From NCBI GenBank assembly GCA_023379265.1, contig JAMCUI010000007.1, positions 82,330 to 146,329 of the forward strand: a stretch of DNA of 64,000 bases, written 5' to 3'. Of this stretch, positions 19,448-29,113 are shown piece after piece (within the stretch, counting starts at the first letter, position 1; each line of letters begins with the position of its first letter). A program made the position numbers and the translations under genes. Below the pieces are notes generated by a model. That model was not told the origin of the DNA and ran no database searches. It saw only the letters and a program-made list of their open reading frames with translations. The stretch is from Patescibacteria group bacterium. Lineage in GTDB: Bacteria > Patescibacteriota > Microgenomatia > 2-02-FULL-39-11.

Positions 19448-19762
19448 TTATTGGGGGATTGTAAAAGTGGTAATGTTGACTCCGGTAAAACTTTCAATAA
19501 GTTTGAATATTATAAAGGCAACAGCAAAAAGGACAATTCCAATGATGGCATAGGTCATAGTTTGTTGTGCGGAAGCTGCGGCTTTTTGATCACCTCCAGA
19601 GGTAAGAAACTTAAAACCTCCAATGGTTAACATAACAAATAACGCCAAAACAGCCAGACTAATTGAAATTGTTAGAATTCTAGTAAAAACTACTTCTAAG
19701 CATTTGAAAGTTGGGATGTCTACTCCACCTATATTAAGAGTACATGTTGACCAATCAGTCAT
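19448..19762 (-). CDS. VirB2/TrbC-type (T4SS pilin-like) small membrane protein, paralog 1
   Basis: 104 aa; GGFKFLTSGGDQKAAASAQQTMTYAIIGIVLFAVAF, the GG-aromatic-x-TSGGD-x-A motif flanked by two hydrophobic helices. Confidence 0.6.
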   Translation of the reverse strand: MTDWSTCTLNIGGVDIPTFKCLEVVFTRILTISISLAVLALFVMLTIGGFKFLTSGGDQKAAASAQQTMTYAIIGIVLFAVAFIIFKLIESFTGVNITTFTIPQ

Positions 19763-19782
19763 GAAGATAAATTGGTATTAAA

Positions 19783-20172
19783 TTAAAATGGTGTCGGGAT
19801 GCTAAGATTCTGAAGGTTAAACCCAAGGAATTGTCCGGCTACCAACATGATTGCCCATGCAGCAAATACAATAAAAAGCCCCAAGAGAGCTGCTTGGATA
19901 CGGTGTTGAGCAGCTTCAACTCCAGCTTTGTCGCCTCCTGAGGTGATCCAGCCAAACCCACCCCAGATAAGGAAAATAAAGGCAGCCAGAGCGGAAACAA
20001 CCAGTATAAGACCAATAATACCGCCTATCAGTTTACCAGGATCAACTATTTTCAAATTTGGAGGTGTGGAAACACTGATGTTTACCTGGGCAAGCGCGAT
20101 TGATGGGAAAAATATAAGAGTGCTGATACTTCCTATTCCGATTGCTGATGCTAATTTTATTGCCTTTTTCAT
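19783..20172 (-). CDS. VirB2/TrbC-type pilin-like protein, paralog 2
   Basis: Signal peptide, then WGGFGWITSGGDKAGVEAAQHRIQAALLGLFIVFAAWAI. Confidence 0.6.
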   Translation of the reverse strand: MKKAIKLASAIGIGSISTLIFFPSIALAQVNISVSTPPNLKIVDPGKLIGGIIGLILVVSALAAFIFLIWGGFGWITSGGDKAGVEAAQHRIQAALLGLFIVFAAWAIMLVAGQFLGFNLQNLSIPTPF

Positions 20173-20288
20173 GATTTTACCCTTTCTTTCAGTATTATGA
20201 ATAGTTTTTTAATGCTTGTCAAGCTCTTTAGTAACAAATTTATAGCAAACAAAGAAAATTTAGTTTTTCATTATTAACAAAATAAGTG

Positions 20289-20639
20289 TTACAAAAGTTT
20301 AGGTAGACTGAGTTGGAAACCACCTCCAGCGATTGAGCCTATACCTAAGAACCTCAGGATAAGTAAATAAATTGTCCAGGCGGCAAAAACAATAAACAAA
20401 CCTAAGAGAGCGTTAGTAATTCTGTTTCGTGCGTTTTCCACACCAGTTTTATCTCCACCTGAGGAAATCCACTCCAGGCCTCCTTGTAGCAGCTGAAATA
20501 ATGTCCAGATTGAAGCAAATACGAGGATTAGTCCAACCAGACCGGAGATGAAGGTGCCTAAGATACCTCCTGCATTATCAGGGTTTGCGTTTGCAATTCC
20601 AGATACTACTGGGTTGACAATAGGATCGATATAAATCAT
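20289..20639 (-). CDS. VirB2/TrbC-type pilin-like protein, paralog 3
   Basis: Internal Met start (ATGA overlap with the upstream gene). LQGGLEWISSGGDKTGVENARNRITNALLGLFIVFAAWTI. Confidence 0.55.
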   Translation of the reverse strand: MIYIDPIVNPVVSGIANANPDNAGGILGTFISGLVGLILVFASIWTLFQLLQGGLEWISSGGDKTGVENARNRITNALLGLFIVFAAWTIYLLILRFLGIGSIAGGGFQLSLPKLL

Positions 20640-21079
20640 ATGCCAAGGTTTTGTAAAACACTTCCTGGATTTAAGATACTTAGTCCCAGCATTGATCCTA
20701 TCACTCCGATTATTGCCCAAGCAATAACAACAATTACAAGTCCGATAAGAGAATTGGTGATTTTATCTCGTGCGGCCGTCGTATCGTTTTTATCTCCACC
20801 TGCTGAAATCCACTGAAATCCTGCCGTAATAAACTGGAATATAAACCAAAGAGCAGCAATCATGGTTAAAAAACCAATGACACCGCTGATGACTTTATTT
20901 AATGTATTCCCTACATCCTCTTTAGTATTGTTCTGGCAAAGAAAATCGGCTATAACCCCAAATCCTCCTCCACACCCAAGTCCTTGACTACTGTTTGTGG
21001 TTTGTGCTTGAGCTATTTTCCCTGAGTAAACAAAAAGTAACGAAAAAGTAAAAAGTGTGATAAATAATTTGATTTTCAT
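20636..21079 (-). CDS. VirB2/TrbC-type pilin-like protein, paralog 4
   Basis: Signal peptide, Cys pair, ITAGFQWISAGGDKNDTTAARDKITNSLIGLVIVVIAWAI. Confidence 0.6.
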   Translation of the reverse strand: MKIKLFITLFTFSLLFVYSGKIAQAQTTNSSQGLGCGGGFGVIADFLCQNNTKEDVGNTLNKVISGVIGFLTMIAALWFIFQFITAGFQWISAGGDKNDTTAARDKITNSLIGLVIVVIAWAIIGVIGSMLGLSILNPGSVLQNLGI

Positions 21080-21097
21080 AATCTTACTTATATTATC

Positions 21098-21478
21098 TTA
21101 CTGCTGTAGTTGTGGTTGCAATATTGCAGTTGGGTTCTTGAAGAGCAACATGCCAATGATTGCAGCCAGAAGAAATGAAGAAACGATAATGAGTAGACCT
21201 AAAAAGGTTTGCCAGATACGTTCCCATGATTTTCCTATCGCTTTTGAGTCCCCACCCGCTGTCATAAATCCAAATCCACCAATTATCAGATTTATAAAAC
21301 CCCAGAGTCCAGCGATGATAAACACTAACTTTAATAGCGAATTTAGAAATATAAGCATACCTGTTAATTTACCGGTAGAGTCGATTCCAGATTGTATAAA
21401 GCTTGGTGGGGTGATGCAACCTATTGCAGGATCACAAGCAGCCAATATGTAATTTATGATGATCATGTTAAAAACCAA
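21098..21478 (-). CDS. VirB2/TrbC-type pilin-like protein, paralog 5
   Basis: IGGFGFMTAGGDSKAIGKSWERIWQTFLGLLIIVSSF. Confidence 0.55.
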   Translation of the reverse strand: MVFNMIIINYILAACDPAIGCITPPSFIQSGIDSTGKLTGMLIFLNSLLKLVFIIAGLWGFINLIIGGFGFMTAGGDSKAIGKSWERIWQTFLGLLIIVSSFLLAAIIGMLLFKNPTAILQPQLQQ

Positions 21479-21794
21479 GACCGCTTAACGAGCCATGTGT
21501 AACGAAGTTTATTATTTGCAATATCCAGTATGCACCAAACATGGTGACAAGTCCAATTATGGCATAGGTTAGTGCCTGTTTTTTACTTTCAGCCTCATGA
21601 GAATCTCCTCCTCCGGCACCGGAAATCATACCTATGCCAGCTACGATTATAATTACGAAGGAGATGATTCCACCCAATAGTAATATGTTGGGTAAGAGAT
21701 GGGAAACAATATCAGAAAGTGAACTAAACCCTCCATTTCCGTTTTCACCGGACAACTGCCAAACTTTTGATATGTCTACCTGTGCCAATCGCAT
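21468..21794 (-). CDS. VirB2/TrbC-type pilin-like protein, paralog 6
   Basis: IVAGIGMISGAGGGDSHEAESKKQALTYAIIGLVTMFGAYWI. First gene of the minus-strand array, divergent from the sigma factor. Confidence 0.5.
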   Translation of the reverse strand: MRLAQVDISKVWQLSGENGNGGFSSLSDIVSHLLPNILLLGGIISFVIIIVAGIGMISGAGGGDSHEAESKKQALTYAIIGLVTMFGAYWILQIINFVTHGSLSGLGF

Positions 21795-21936
21795 AATTTT
21801 AGTCTAGTATTTTGTATATATGTTTTCAACCTTCTAAGTAGCCTTTATACCTTCCTATATTAGGTTTGACAGAATATTCCTAGTTTGTCAACTTCTTATA
21901 TAAAGATCTATAATATATACCTTATATATTATATCT

Positions 21937-22506
21937 TTGAGTGAAATTATATTATTTTCCGACAAATATATGATGAGCGAAAAGGAAATCATAAATGGTA
22001 TTCTTCATGGTAACGAAAAAACGCTGCGTTTTTTTTACCTCTATTATCAGCCAAGACTCGGAGCTTATCTTAAAAATAAAGTATCAAATGAGGAGGATGC
22101 TGAGGAGATTTTGCAGGATACTCTTTTGGCTACCATTGAAGGACTGCGTGATTTTGCCTTCCGGTCGTCACTTTTTACATTTATTTGCAGCATAGCAAAT
22201 CATAAGGTGATTGATTATTACAGAAAGAAAAAGATCAAAAATGTTGTCTTTTCTCATATCCCAGATATTGAGCCTCTTATAGCTACATTGTCCGGTCCTG
22301 AGGATGACTTTAATGATCAACTCCTGAAACAGAAGATAATAGCTACATTCAGAAAAATTGCCCCGCGGTACAGTCTCATATTAAAACTGAAATATGTCTA
22401 CGGTTATTCAGTTGAAGAAATTGCCAGAAAGCTATCAATTTCCTTCAAAAGCGCCGAAAGCCAGCTTTTTCGCGCACGAAGAGCTTTCGAGTTAGCTTAT
22501 TCATAA
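21937..22506 (+). CDS. ECF-type RNA polymerase sigma-70 family factor
   Basis: Region 2 (ILQDTLLATIEGLRDFAFRSSLFTFICSIANHKVIDYYRKKK) and region 4 HTH (YVYGYSVEEIARKLSISFKSAESQLFRARRAFE). Confidence 0.8.
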   Translation: MSEIILFSDKYMMSEKEIINGILHGNEKTLRFFYLYYQPRLGAYLKNKVSNEEDAEEILQDTLLATIEGLRDFAFRSSLFTFICSIANHKVIDYYRKKKIKNVVFSHIPDIEPLIATLSGPEDDFNDQLLKQKIIATFRKIAPRYSLILKLKYVYGYSVEEIARKLSISFKSAESQLFRARRAFELAYS

Positions 22507-22518
22507 TATAAATAGTTT

Positions 22519-22752
22519 ATGGATAATGATAAAACATACCAGCTTTTAGTTGATAAAATGCATGAAGTTGCAGCTATCCCTACTCAGGAGGTGGGGAATT
22601 TTACTATTGCTTATAAGAAACTTGTGCCTTTCTTAAAGTATTATCCCTGGAAAAGCGCTATTATACTTTCTTTTATATCTGTTTCTTTACTTTACTTGAT
22701 TTTCGGAACATTTCTAGTTAAAGTTGCTTCCATGCTTCAATTCGGGTTTTAA
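22519..22752 (+). CDS. Putative anti-sigma factor (small, C-terminal TM helix)
   Basis: 77 aa with a single C-terminal TM helix, immediately downstream of the ECF sigma gene. Position-based call. Confidence 0.35.
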   Translation: MDNDKTYQLLVDKMHEVAAIPTQEVGNFTIAYKKLVPFLKYYPWKSAIILSFISVSLLYLIFGTFLVKVASMLQFGF

Positions 22753-22760
22753 CTTCTGTT

Positions 22761-23390
22761 ATGGATGTGTTTGTTATTACCTTTGTCCGTCTTCTTTTCT
22801 TTTTCACAAAGAATCTAATTGGATGTTTTAACACTCCATACCTAACCTACAGAAAGCTTTTGGGAGAAAAATCTGGAATATACCAGACCGGTTTTATTTT
22901 TATTCTTGTGATTTCCTATTTTATTTTCGCTTCAGCTTTAAGGGTTGGCGTACATAGTCCTCTTCTTTTAACTTTAAGGTTGAATCTTCTTTTGTTCTCA
23001 GCCGCGATTGGATTTATAGCTATGTTATTTGTCATATTTATGTTAGGGAAAACGATCGGAAGTAGCGGTAGATTCATTGATGTATATAAACTTTGGTCCT
23101 TCACTCTTATCCCGACAATAGTTTGGTTTTTTACAACTTCACTACTTTATATAATTATTCCACCTCCAAGAACATTAAGTTTTTTGGGTAAGCTATTTAG
23201 CGTTGTCTTTATCGCTTTTTCAGTCTCCGTCTTTCTTTGGAAGGCAATATTATATTATTTAACTTTGAGGTTTGCCCTCAGACTTGATCTTGCAAAGATC
23301 GGTTTTATGACTGTAGTCATATTGCCTTTACTTGTAGTTTATTCTGTGTTGATGTATAAGCTGGGGATTTTTAGAGTCCCATTTATTTAG
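22761..23390 (+). CDS. Hypothetical polytopic membrane protein
   Basis: 209 aa, ~5 TM helices, third gene of the sigma/anti-sigma operon. Confidence 0.4.
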   Translation: MDVFVITFVRLLFFFTKNLIGCFNTPYLTYRKLLGEKSGIYQTGFIFILVISYFIFASALRVGVHSPLLLTLRLNLLLFSAAIGFIAMLFVIFMLGKTIGSSGRFIDVYKLWSFTLIPTIVWFFTTSLLYIIIPPPRTLSFLGKLFSVVFIAFSVSVFLWKAILYYLTLRFALRLDLAKIGFMTVVILPLLVVYSVLMYKLGIFRVPFI

Positions 23391-24578
23391 TTGGTGATAA
23401 AGGAGTGGTTTATGAGATTGCGAGACTTAAAAACGATTCAGGAAAGAAGAAAATTTTTAGAAAAGAAAACAGGAATTTCCTTTTTCCCAAACGAAAACTT
23501 TCCTGATGGTTTTGAGATTGCTCAGGAAAAAAACTGTGAAAACATGATTGGGGTAGTTCATGTACCGGTAGGTGTAGCTGGACCGATTCTATTGAATAGT
23601 AAATCAGCTTCAGAAGAAATCTATATTCCGCTTGCGACTACTGAAGGAGCTTTGGTTGCATCAGTTAACCGTGGTTGTAAAGCGATAAACCAAGACGGAG
23701 GTGTTTCAGTCTATTCTGAAAATATTGGTATAACGCGAGGTCCAGTCTTCAAAACAAGTGGTTTGGCACAGGGTCTACATCTGAAGCAATGGGTCAAAGA
23801 CGAGTTTTCTCAGTTACAGAGGATGGTTGTTTCAACATCGTCTCATATTACCCTTATCAAGGTTGATTTCCAGATATCAGGCAAGAATATATATATGAGA
23901 TTTTATTACGATACACAGGATGCCATGGGGATGAATATGGTAACAATAGCCACACAAGAGTTAGTTTCATTTATAGAAGATAGAATGAAGGTTAAATGTA
24001 CATCACTAGCGGGAAATTATGATATAGATAAAAAACCGGCTTGGTTAAATTTTATCTCCGGCCGTGGTAGACAGGTTTGGTCAGAGGCTGTTTTGGAAGA
24101 AAGTACTATTAAGGAAGTGTTAAAGACTACTCCGTCTGCCATACATGATGTATCAGTAAGTAAGAATTTGGTAGGTTCTGCCCTTTCAGGAGCTTTAGGG
24201 TTTAATGCCCATTTTGCCAATGTTATTGCTGCAATTTTTATTGCCACAGGTCAGGATGCGGCACATGTGGTTGAAGGAAGTCTGGGAATTTGTACGACAG
24301 AAATAGTTGATAATAACAGTCTTTATATATCGGCATTTCTGCCGGATTTGCCTGTTGGAACAATAGGCGGTGGTACTAATTTACCATCGCAGAAGAAAAT
24401 GTTAGAACTTATGGGAATAACAGGTGGAGATAAAGGTAGTAACGGAGAGAAAATCGCAGAAATAATTGGAGCAACTGTTCTAGCTGGGGAATTATCCCTT
24501 TTGGCATCTTTGGCTGAGGGAAGCTTGGCAAAAACACATGAAAGGTTAGCCAGAGGAAAAGTTAAAAAAAAGATATAA
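23391..24578 (+). CDS. hmgA: Hydroxymethylglutaryl-CoA reductase (class I-like catalytic domain)
   Basis: ENMIGVVHVPVGVAGP, DAMGMNMV, GTIGGGT motifs of HMGR. Possible true start at MRLRDL (23412). Confidence 0.85.
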   Translation: MVIKEWFMRLRDLKTIQERRKFLEKKTGISFFPNENFPDGFEIAQEKNCENMIGVVHVPVGVAGPILLNSKSASEEIYIPLATTEGALVASVNRGCKAINQDGGVSVYSENIGITRGPVFKTSGLAQGLHLKQWVKDEFSQLQRMVVSTSSHITLIKVDFQISGKNIYMRFYYDTQDAMGMNMVTIATQELVSFIEDRMKVKCTSLAGNYDIDKKPAWLNFISGRGRQVWSEAVLEESTIKEVLKTTPSAIHDVSVSKNLVGSALSGALGFNAHFANVIAAIFIATGQDAAHVVEGSLGICTTEIVDNNSLYISAFLPDLPVGTIGGGTNLPSQKKMLELMGITGGDKGSNGEKIAEIIGATVLAGELSLLASLAEGSLAKTHERLARGKVKKKI

Positions 24579-24595
24579 TTTACCTCTTAATAATT

Positions 24596-25636
24596 ATGGA
24601 TGTTGGCATATTAGGATACGGTATATACGTTCCTCAATACAGGATAAAAGTATCTGAAATCGCTTCAGTCTGGGGGAAAAACTCAGATGATGTTGAGAAA
24701 TCTTTAGGCAATAGTGAAAAATCTGTTGCTGGTTTTGATGAAGATGCAGTGACCCTTGCTTACGAGTCTGCCGTTGCAGCACTAAAGCATGCCGGTGTTA
24801 AGCCAGAAAAAATTGATATATGTTTTGTCGGTTCAGAAAGCCATCCTTATGCGGTTAATCCCACTTCTACAATAGTTGGTGAATTTCTTGGTTTTAAAAA
24901 AAACTATCTGGCGGCAGATCTAGAGTTTGCCTGTAAAGCGGCGACGGCAGGCATGATATCGATTGCGGGGTTGATAGAGTCAGGTGCTGTATCTTACGGT
25001 TTGACAATTGGAAGTGATACGGCTCAATCAAAACCGCATGATGTACTGGAGTATACTGCTGCTGCCGCATCAGCCGCTTTTGTACTAGGCAGAAACAATA
25101 ATCAATCTATAGCCAAACTGGTAGCTTTTACCTCTTTTTCTTCCGATACGCCAGATTTCTGGCGGCGAGATGGAGTGCGTTTTCCCAGTCACGGTGGCAG
25201 ATTTACTGGTGAACCTGCTTATTTTTATCATGTTGAGGGAGCGGCAAGAGAGCTTTTGTCAAAACTAAAAATGAGCCCAGAAGATTTTGATTACTGTATT
25301 TTCCATATGCCAAACGGTAAATTTCCCAGACAGGTAGCCAAGAGGTTAGGATTTACTCCAGAGAAAATAGCTCCTTCTCTTATTGTGGATAAAATAGGTA
25401 ATCCTTACACTGCCTCCTCTCTTTTGGGTTTGAGCGCAGTTCTTGATATTGCCAAGCCAAATGAGAGGATTTTTATGGTTTCTTATGGATCAGGTGCAGG
25501 ATCTGACGCTTTTGTTTTTGAGGTGACTGAAAACATTATTAAAAAGGAAGCTGTAAAGAACGCGGTTATGCAGTCCCTGTCGAATAAGAAATATATTTCT
25601 TATCCCGAATATCTCCGGTTTACAAAGAAAATATAA
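24596..25636 (+). CDS. Hydroxymethylglutaryl-CoA synthase (archaeal-type)
   Basis: MDVGILGYGIYVPQYRIKVSEIA... thiolase-fold condensing enzyme. 346 aa, matches archaeal HMGCS layout. Confidence 0.8.
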   Translation: MDVGILGYGIYVPQYRIKVSEIASVWGKNSDDVEKSLGNSEKSVAGFDEDAVTLAYESAVAALKHAGVKPEKIDICFVGSESHPYAVNPTSTIVGEFLGFKKNYLAADLEFACKAATAGMISIAGLIESGAVSYGLTIGSDTAQSKPHDVLEYTAAAASAAFVLGRNNNQSIAKLVAFTSFSSDTPDFWRRDGVRFPSHGGRFTGEPAYFYHVEGAARELLSKLKMSPEDFDYCIFHMPNGKFPRQVAKRLGFTPEKIAPSLIVDKIGNPYTASSLLGLSAVLDIAKPNERIFMVSYGSGAGSDAFVFEVTENIIKKEAVKNAVMQSLSNKKYISYPEYLRFTKKI

Positions 25637-25640
25637 ACTT

Positions 25641-26783
25641 ATGAAAATATCTGTTTTGGGAGCCGCCACTACTAAGTTTGGAGAATTATGGAGTCGTTCT
25701 CCTAGGGATTTAGTAATGGAGGCTGTTAATGAGGCGCTTGACGACTCTAAGGAAATTTCTCTGCAGGATATAGAAGCAGTATATGTAGGCAATATGCTTT
25801 CAGGGACGTTGGGCGGACAGGATCACCTTGGGGCATTTTTTGCGGAAGAATTAGGATTGCATGTACCAGCTATGAAAGTTGAAGGAGCATGTGCTTCAGG
25901 AGGTTTGGCGATACATGCAGGAGTGACAGCTGTATCTTCCGGTATTTATGAAAATGTCTTAGTTGTGGGAATAGAGAAAATGACTGACTTCAAACCTGAG
26001 GAGGTGGCTGAAGCTCTTATGGGTGCTGGTTCTGATCCTGAAAGAGATGCTGGAGCCAGTTTTCCTTCATTATATGCGCTTATGGCCAGAGTGCACATGG
26101 AAAAGTATGGCACAACAGAGGAAGATATGGCTGCAGTCGCTGTAAAGAATCATTATCACGCGTCCTTAAATTCTCACGCACAGTTCACTTTTCCAGTTAC
26201 AATGGAAAAAGTGATGGAAAGCCCAGTAGTTTCCTCTCCATTGAAATTGCTTGATTGTTCTCCTATCTCAGATGGTGCAGCCGCAGTCATACTTTCCTCA
26301 AAAATTAAAAAGACAGGTAGAAACATATTTATTGTCGGGTCTGCTGTGGCGACTGACTCACTGGGTTTGGCCGAAAGAGATGATTTGACTACAATTTATG
26401 CCGCAAAGGAAGCGGCTAGAAAAGCTTATAAAATGTCCGGTGTTGGACCTAATGAAATAGACGTGGCAGAAGTTCATGACTGTTTTACTATTGCAGAAAT
26501 TATAGCGATGGAGGATCTTGGGTTTTTTGGAAAAGGAGAAGCAGCAAGAGCCGTTAGATTAGGACAAACTCGATTAGGCGGACGGCCAGTTATAAATACT
26601 TCGGGAGGGTTAAAGGCTTGTGGACATCCTGTTGGTGCAACAGGAGTAAAGCAGGTGGTAGAAATCTATAGACAACTTAAAGGAATTGCTGGTAAGAAAC
26701 AGGTAAAAGGGGCCAAATTGGGTTTGACCCATAACGTTGGTGGTAGTGGAGCCACAGCGGTAGTGAATATATTGAAGGGTTAG
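25641..26783 (+). CDS. Acetyl-CoA C-acetyltransferase (thiolase, archaeal/SCP-x-like)
   Basis: 380 aa; MKISVLGAATTKFGE..., catalytic Cys region EGACASGG, C-terminal GHPVGATG. Confidence 0.8.
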   Translation: MKISVLGAATTKFGELWSRSPRDLVMEAVNEALDDSKEISLQDIEAVYVGNMLSGTLGGQDHLGAFFAEELGLHVPAMKVEGACASGGLAIHAGVTAVSSGIYENVLVVGIEKMTDFKPEEVAEALMGAGSDPERDAGASFPSLYALMARVHMEKYGTTEEDMAAVAVKNHYHASLNSHAQFTFPVTMEKVMESPVVSSPLKLLDCSPISDGAAAVILSSKIKKTGRNIFIVGSAVATDSLGLAERDDLTTIYAAKEAARKAYKMSGVGPNEIDVAEVHDCFTIAEIIAMEDLGFFGKGEAARAVRLGQTRLGGRPVINTSGGLKACGHPVGATGVKQVVEIYRQLKGIAGKKQVKGAKLGLTHNVGGSGATAVVNILKG

Positions 26784-26888
26784 AGTAGAACTGGTACCAA
26801 AACCTATATTTTCGGCTTAGTATAATTGCATTTTTACACTCAAATAAACAGTTTTAATAGAGGTTTTAGTAACCTAAAGGAATAAATT

Positions 26889-27188
26889 ATGATCAGTCCG
26901 GTCAAAGTTTGGCGCAATCAAAAAAAAATTCAAAAAATATTAGGGCTTTATGGAATAATAGTTTCCTGGACTAAAGTACATGTTCCTCCAGTGGGATTTT
27001 CCTCTCAAGCCCCATATGTGATTGTTGTGGTTAAGCTGGAATCAGGTAAAAGTTATATAGCACAACTTGTTGATTGGAGTGAAAATAGCTTGAAAACAGG
27101 ACAGAAGGTGAAAGCTGTTTTAAGAAGAACAAAGAATCCAGGTGAAGAAGGAGTGATACCATACGGTGTTAAGTTCAAACCCGTGTGA
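26889..27188 (+). CDS. DUF35-type OB-fold protein (thiolase/HMGCS complex partner)
   Basis: 99 aa; OB-fold segment YVIVVVKLESGKSYIAQLVDW...GQKVKAVLRR. Position after thiolase + HMGCS as in archaea. Confidence 0.6.
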   Translation: MISPVKVWRNQKKIQKILGLYGIIVSWTKVHVPPVGFSSQAPYVIVVVKLESGKSYIAQLVDWSENSLKTGQKVKAVLRRTKNPGEEGVIPYGVKFKPV

Positions 27189-27201
27189 AACTTCATAAAC
27201 A

Positions 27202-28164
27202 ATGTCTGTAATCGTATCGTCACCCGGGAAAATTCATCTTCTTGGAGAGCACGCTGTTGTCTATGGTAAACCGGCTCTTCTAGCTGCAATAGATAAAAGG
27301 TTGTATGTTAAAGTCAGAAGATTAGATTCATATCAGGGGATAGCAGATACTGGTGTGAGAATAAAAACCTCCGAAGGTGAGAAATTAATTTTTGAATGTG
27401 TTTCTGTTTTTAAAAAAGCTTTTGTTATAAAGAAGTTTCCACCGCTAGAGATCAATGTTTCCTCCAATATTTCCACCGGTTCAGGCCTTGGGTCATCAGC
27501 CGCTCTTTCCGCATCAGTTATTGGTGCTCTTATGAAGAGTGTCAAAAATATTTGGAATCCAGTCAGGATAAATGAATTGGCGTTTGAGGTGGAGAAGACG
27601 GCTCACGGAAACCCATCGGGAGCGGATAATACTACAGTCGTTTTTGGCGGGTTGGTTTGGTATAGAAGGGAGTTTGACTTTCTCAAATCGATTTGGAGCT
27701 TACCTTTGTCTCCATATAAAATTCCGCCATTTTTTCTTATTGATTCGGGCCGGCCAAAAGAGTCCACAAAAGAGATGGTCGAGTCCGTAGGTTTACTATA
27801 TAAAAGAAGAGAAGGGGTGATGGAGTCGGTTTTTTCCGATCAGGAGTTACAGACAAAAAAACTTCTCCTTTCTTTCCGAAAAGATAATAGGAGCGAGATG
27901 ATTGAGGCATTAAAACGGGGAGAGAGAAATCTGGAAAAAATGGGCGTGGTTGGGGTGAAAGCGTATAAGATAATTAGAGAAATAGAGGGTTATGGTGGTG
28001 CAGCCAAAATATGCGGTGCCGGTGGGAAAAAAGAAGGAAGCGGCATGATTCTTTGTTGTCTACATAACAAGTCAATGTTACAAAAAATTGCACAAAAATA
28101 CTCAGCGTCTCTTTTACCCATAAGATTAGGAGAAGAAGGTATAAGGGTAGAACAAAATAATTAG
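27202..28164 (+). CDS. mvk: Mevalonate kinase (GHMP kinase)
   Basis: PGKIHLLGEHAVVYGKPALLAAID N-terminus and GHMP motif GSGLGSSAALSAS. Confidence 0.8.
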   Translation: MSVIVSSPGKIHLLGEHAVVYGKPALLAAIDKRLYVKVRRLDSYQGIADTGVRIKTSEGEKLIFECVSVFKKAFVIKKFPPLEINVSSNISTGSGLGSSAALSASVIGALMKSVKNIWNPVRINELAFEVEKTAHGNPSGADNTTVVFGGLVWYRREFDFLKSIWSLPLSPYKIPPFFLIDSGRPKESTKEMVESVGLLYKRREGVMESVFSDQELQTKKLLLSFRKDNRSEMIEALKRGERNLEKMGVVGVKAYKIIREIEGYGGAAKICGAGGKKEGSGMILCCLHNKSMLQKIAQKYSASLLPIRLGEEGIRVEQNN

Positions 28165-28168
28165 CTTT

Positions 28169-29092
28169 ATGAACTCTAAAGTATTGACTGTTGTTGCCCC
28201 TGGTAAACTAATGCTTTTTGGCGAGCATGCTGTAATTTATGGTTATCCCTGCATTGTCTCAGCCTTGGATAAATATATAGAGATTAAAGGGAAAATTATT
28301 GATGAAAAAGATGATAAATTTGATATAGCTGATTACAGTGATGGTTTTATAAGACGTATGGTAAGTGTTTTTAGGATAAAATATGGAAAGAAGGAAAAAA
28401 TTTTTATTTCCTCAAAAAGCACATTAGGCCGGTATGGACTTGGTTCATCAGCAGCTATTTCTGTGGCGACTGTAAAAATGTTAGGCAAACTTTTCAATAT
28501 ACCATTAAGTGCTGAGGAACTTTTTAATATCTCATACGAGGGTGTATTAAAAGTACAAAAGGGAAAAGCCTCTGGATTTGATTTGGCCAGCAGCATTTAT
28601 GGGGGTACCATACTTTTTGACGGGAAAACCAAAAAGACGTCTTATTTAAATAAGGGAAAGCTGCCCTTTTTAACAGTTTTTACCGGTAGAAAAGCAAAAA
28701 CAGTAGATATTGTAAAAAAAGTTGCCCAAGAAAAGTTAAGGAATCCTAAAGAAACAGAAAAAATACTTTCAGAAATCGGAAAAATAGTATTAAGAGCGGA
28801 AAGAGCATTGAAAGAAAAAAATTGGAAAGTTGTGGGAAAATTGATGAACGATAATCAAAAATTATTGGTCGAGCTTGGCGTAAGTAATGGAATGATTGAT
28901 AAACTAGTAAAAATATCTCTTGAGTCCGGAGCACTAGGAGCAAAAATATCAGGAGCAGGAGGAGGAGATTGTATACTGGTATTGGTTGAGAGGTGTTTAA
29001 CTGGTAAAGTTGTAGAAAATATAGAAAAATCGGGCGGAACAGTATTGGATATAAATGTAGGTATTGGAGGTGGAGTAAAAGTTTCATTATAG
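28169..29092 (+). CDS. Second GHMP kinase, probable phosphomevalonate kinase
   Basis: APGKLMLFGEHAVIYGYPCIVSALD and GLGSSAAISVATV; GHMP fold, 307 aa. Assignment by operon position between MVK and the decarboxylase. Confidence 0.55.
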   Translation: MNSKVLTVVAPGKLMLFGEHAVIYGYPCIVSALDKYIEIKGKIIDEKDDKFDIADYSDGFIRRMVSVFRIKYGKKEKIFISSKSTLGRYGLGSSAAISVATVKMLGKLFNIPLSAEELFNISYEGVLKVQKGKASGFDLASSIYGGTILFDGKTKKTSYLNKGKLPFLTVFTGRKAKTVDIVKKVAQEKLRNPKETEKILSEIGKIVLRAERALKEKNWKVVGKLMNDNQKLLVELGVSNGMIDKLVKISLESGALGAKISGAGGGDCILVLVERCLTGKVVENIEKSGGTVLDINVGIGGGVKVSL

Positions 29093-29113
29093 TAAAGTCT
29101 TTATAAGTAAAAT

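Noticed and set aside
19448-21794. Six small tandem proteins as holins or bacteriocin precursors
   Set aside because: The GG-aromatic-x-TSGGD-K motif between two hydrophobic helices recurs in all six and matches the VirB2/TrbC-type pilin pattern rather than double-glycine leader peptides or holin topologies.
28169-29092. Second kinase as isopentenyl phosphate kinase
   Set aside because: The protein has GHMP-kinase motifs (GLGSSAA), whereas IPK belongs to the amino-acid-kinase fold. Phosphomevalonate kinase or an MVK paralog is more consistent.
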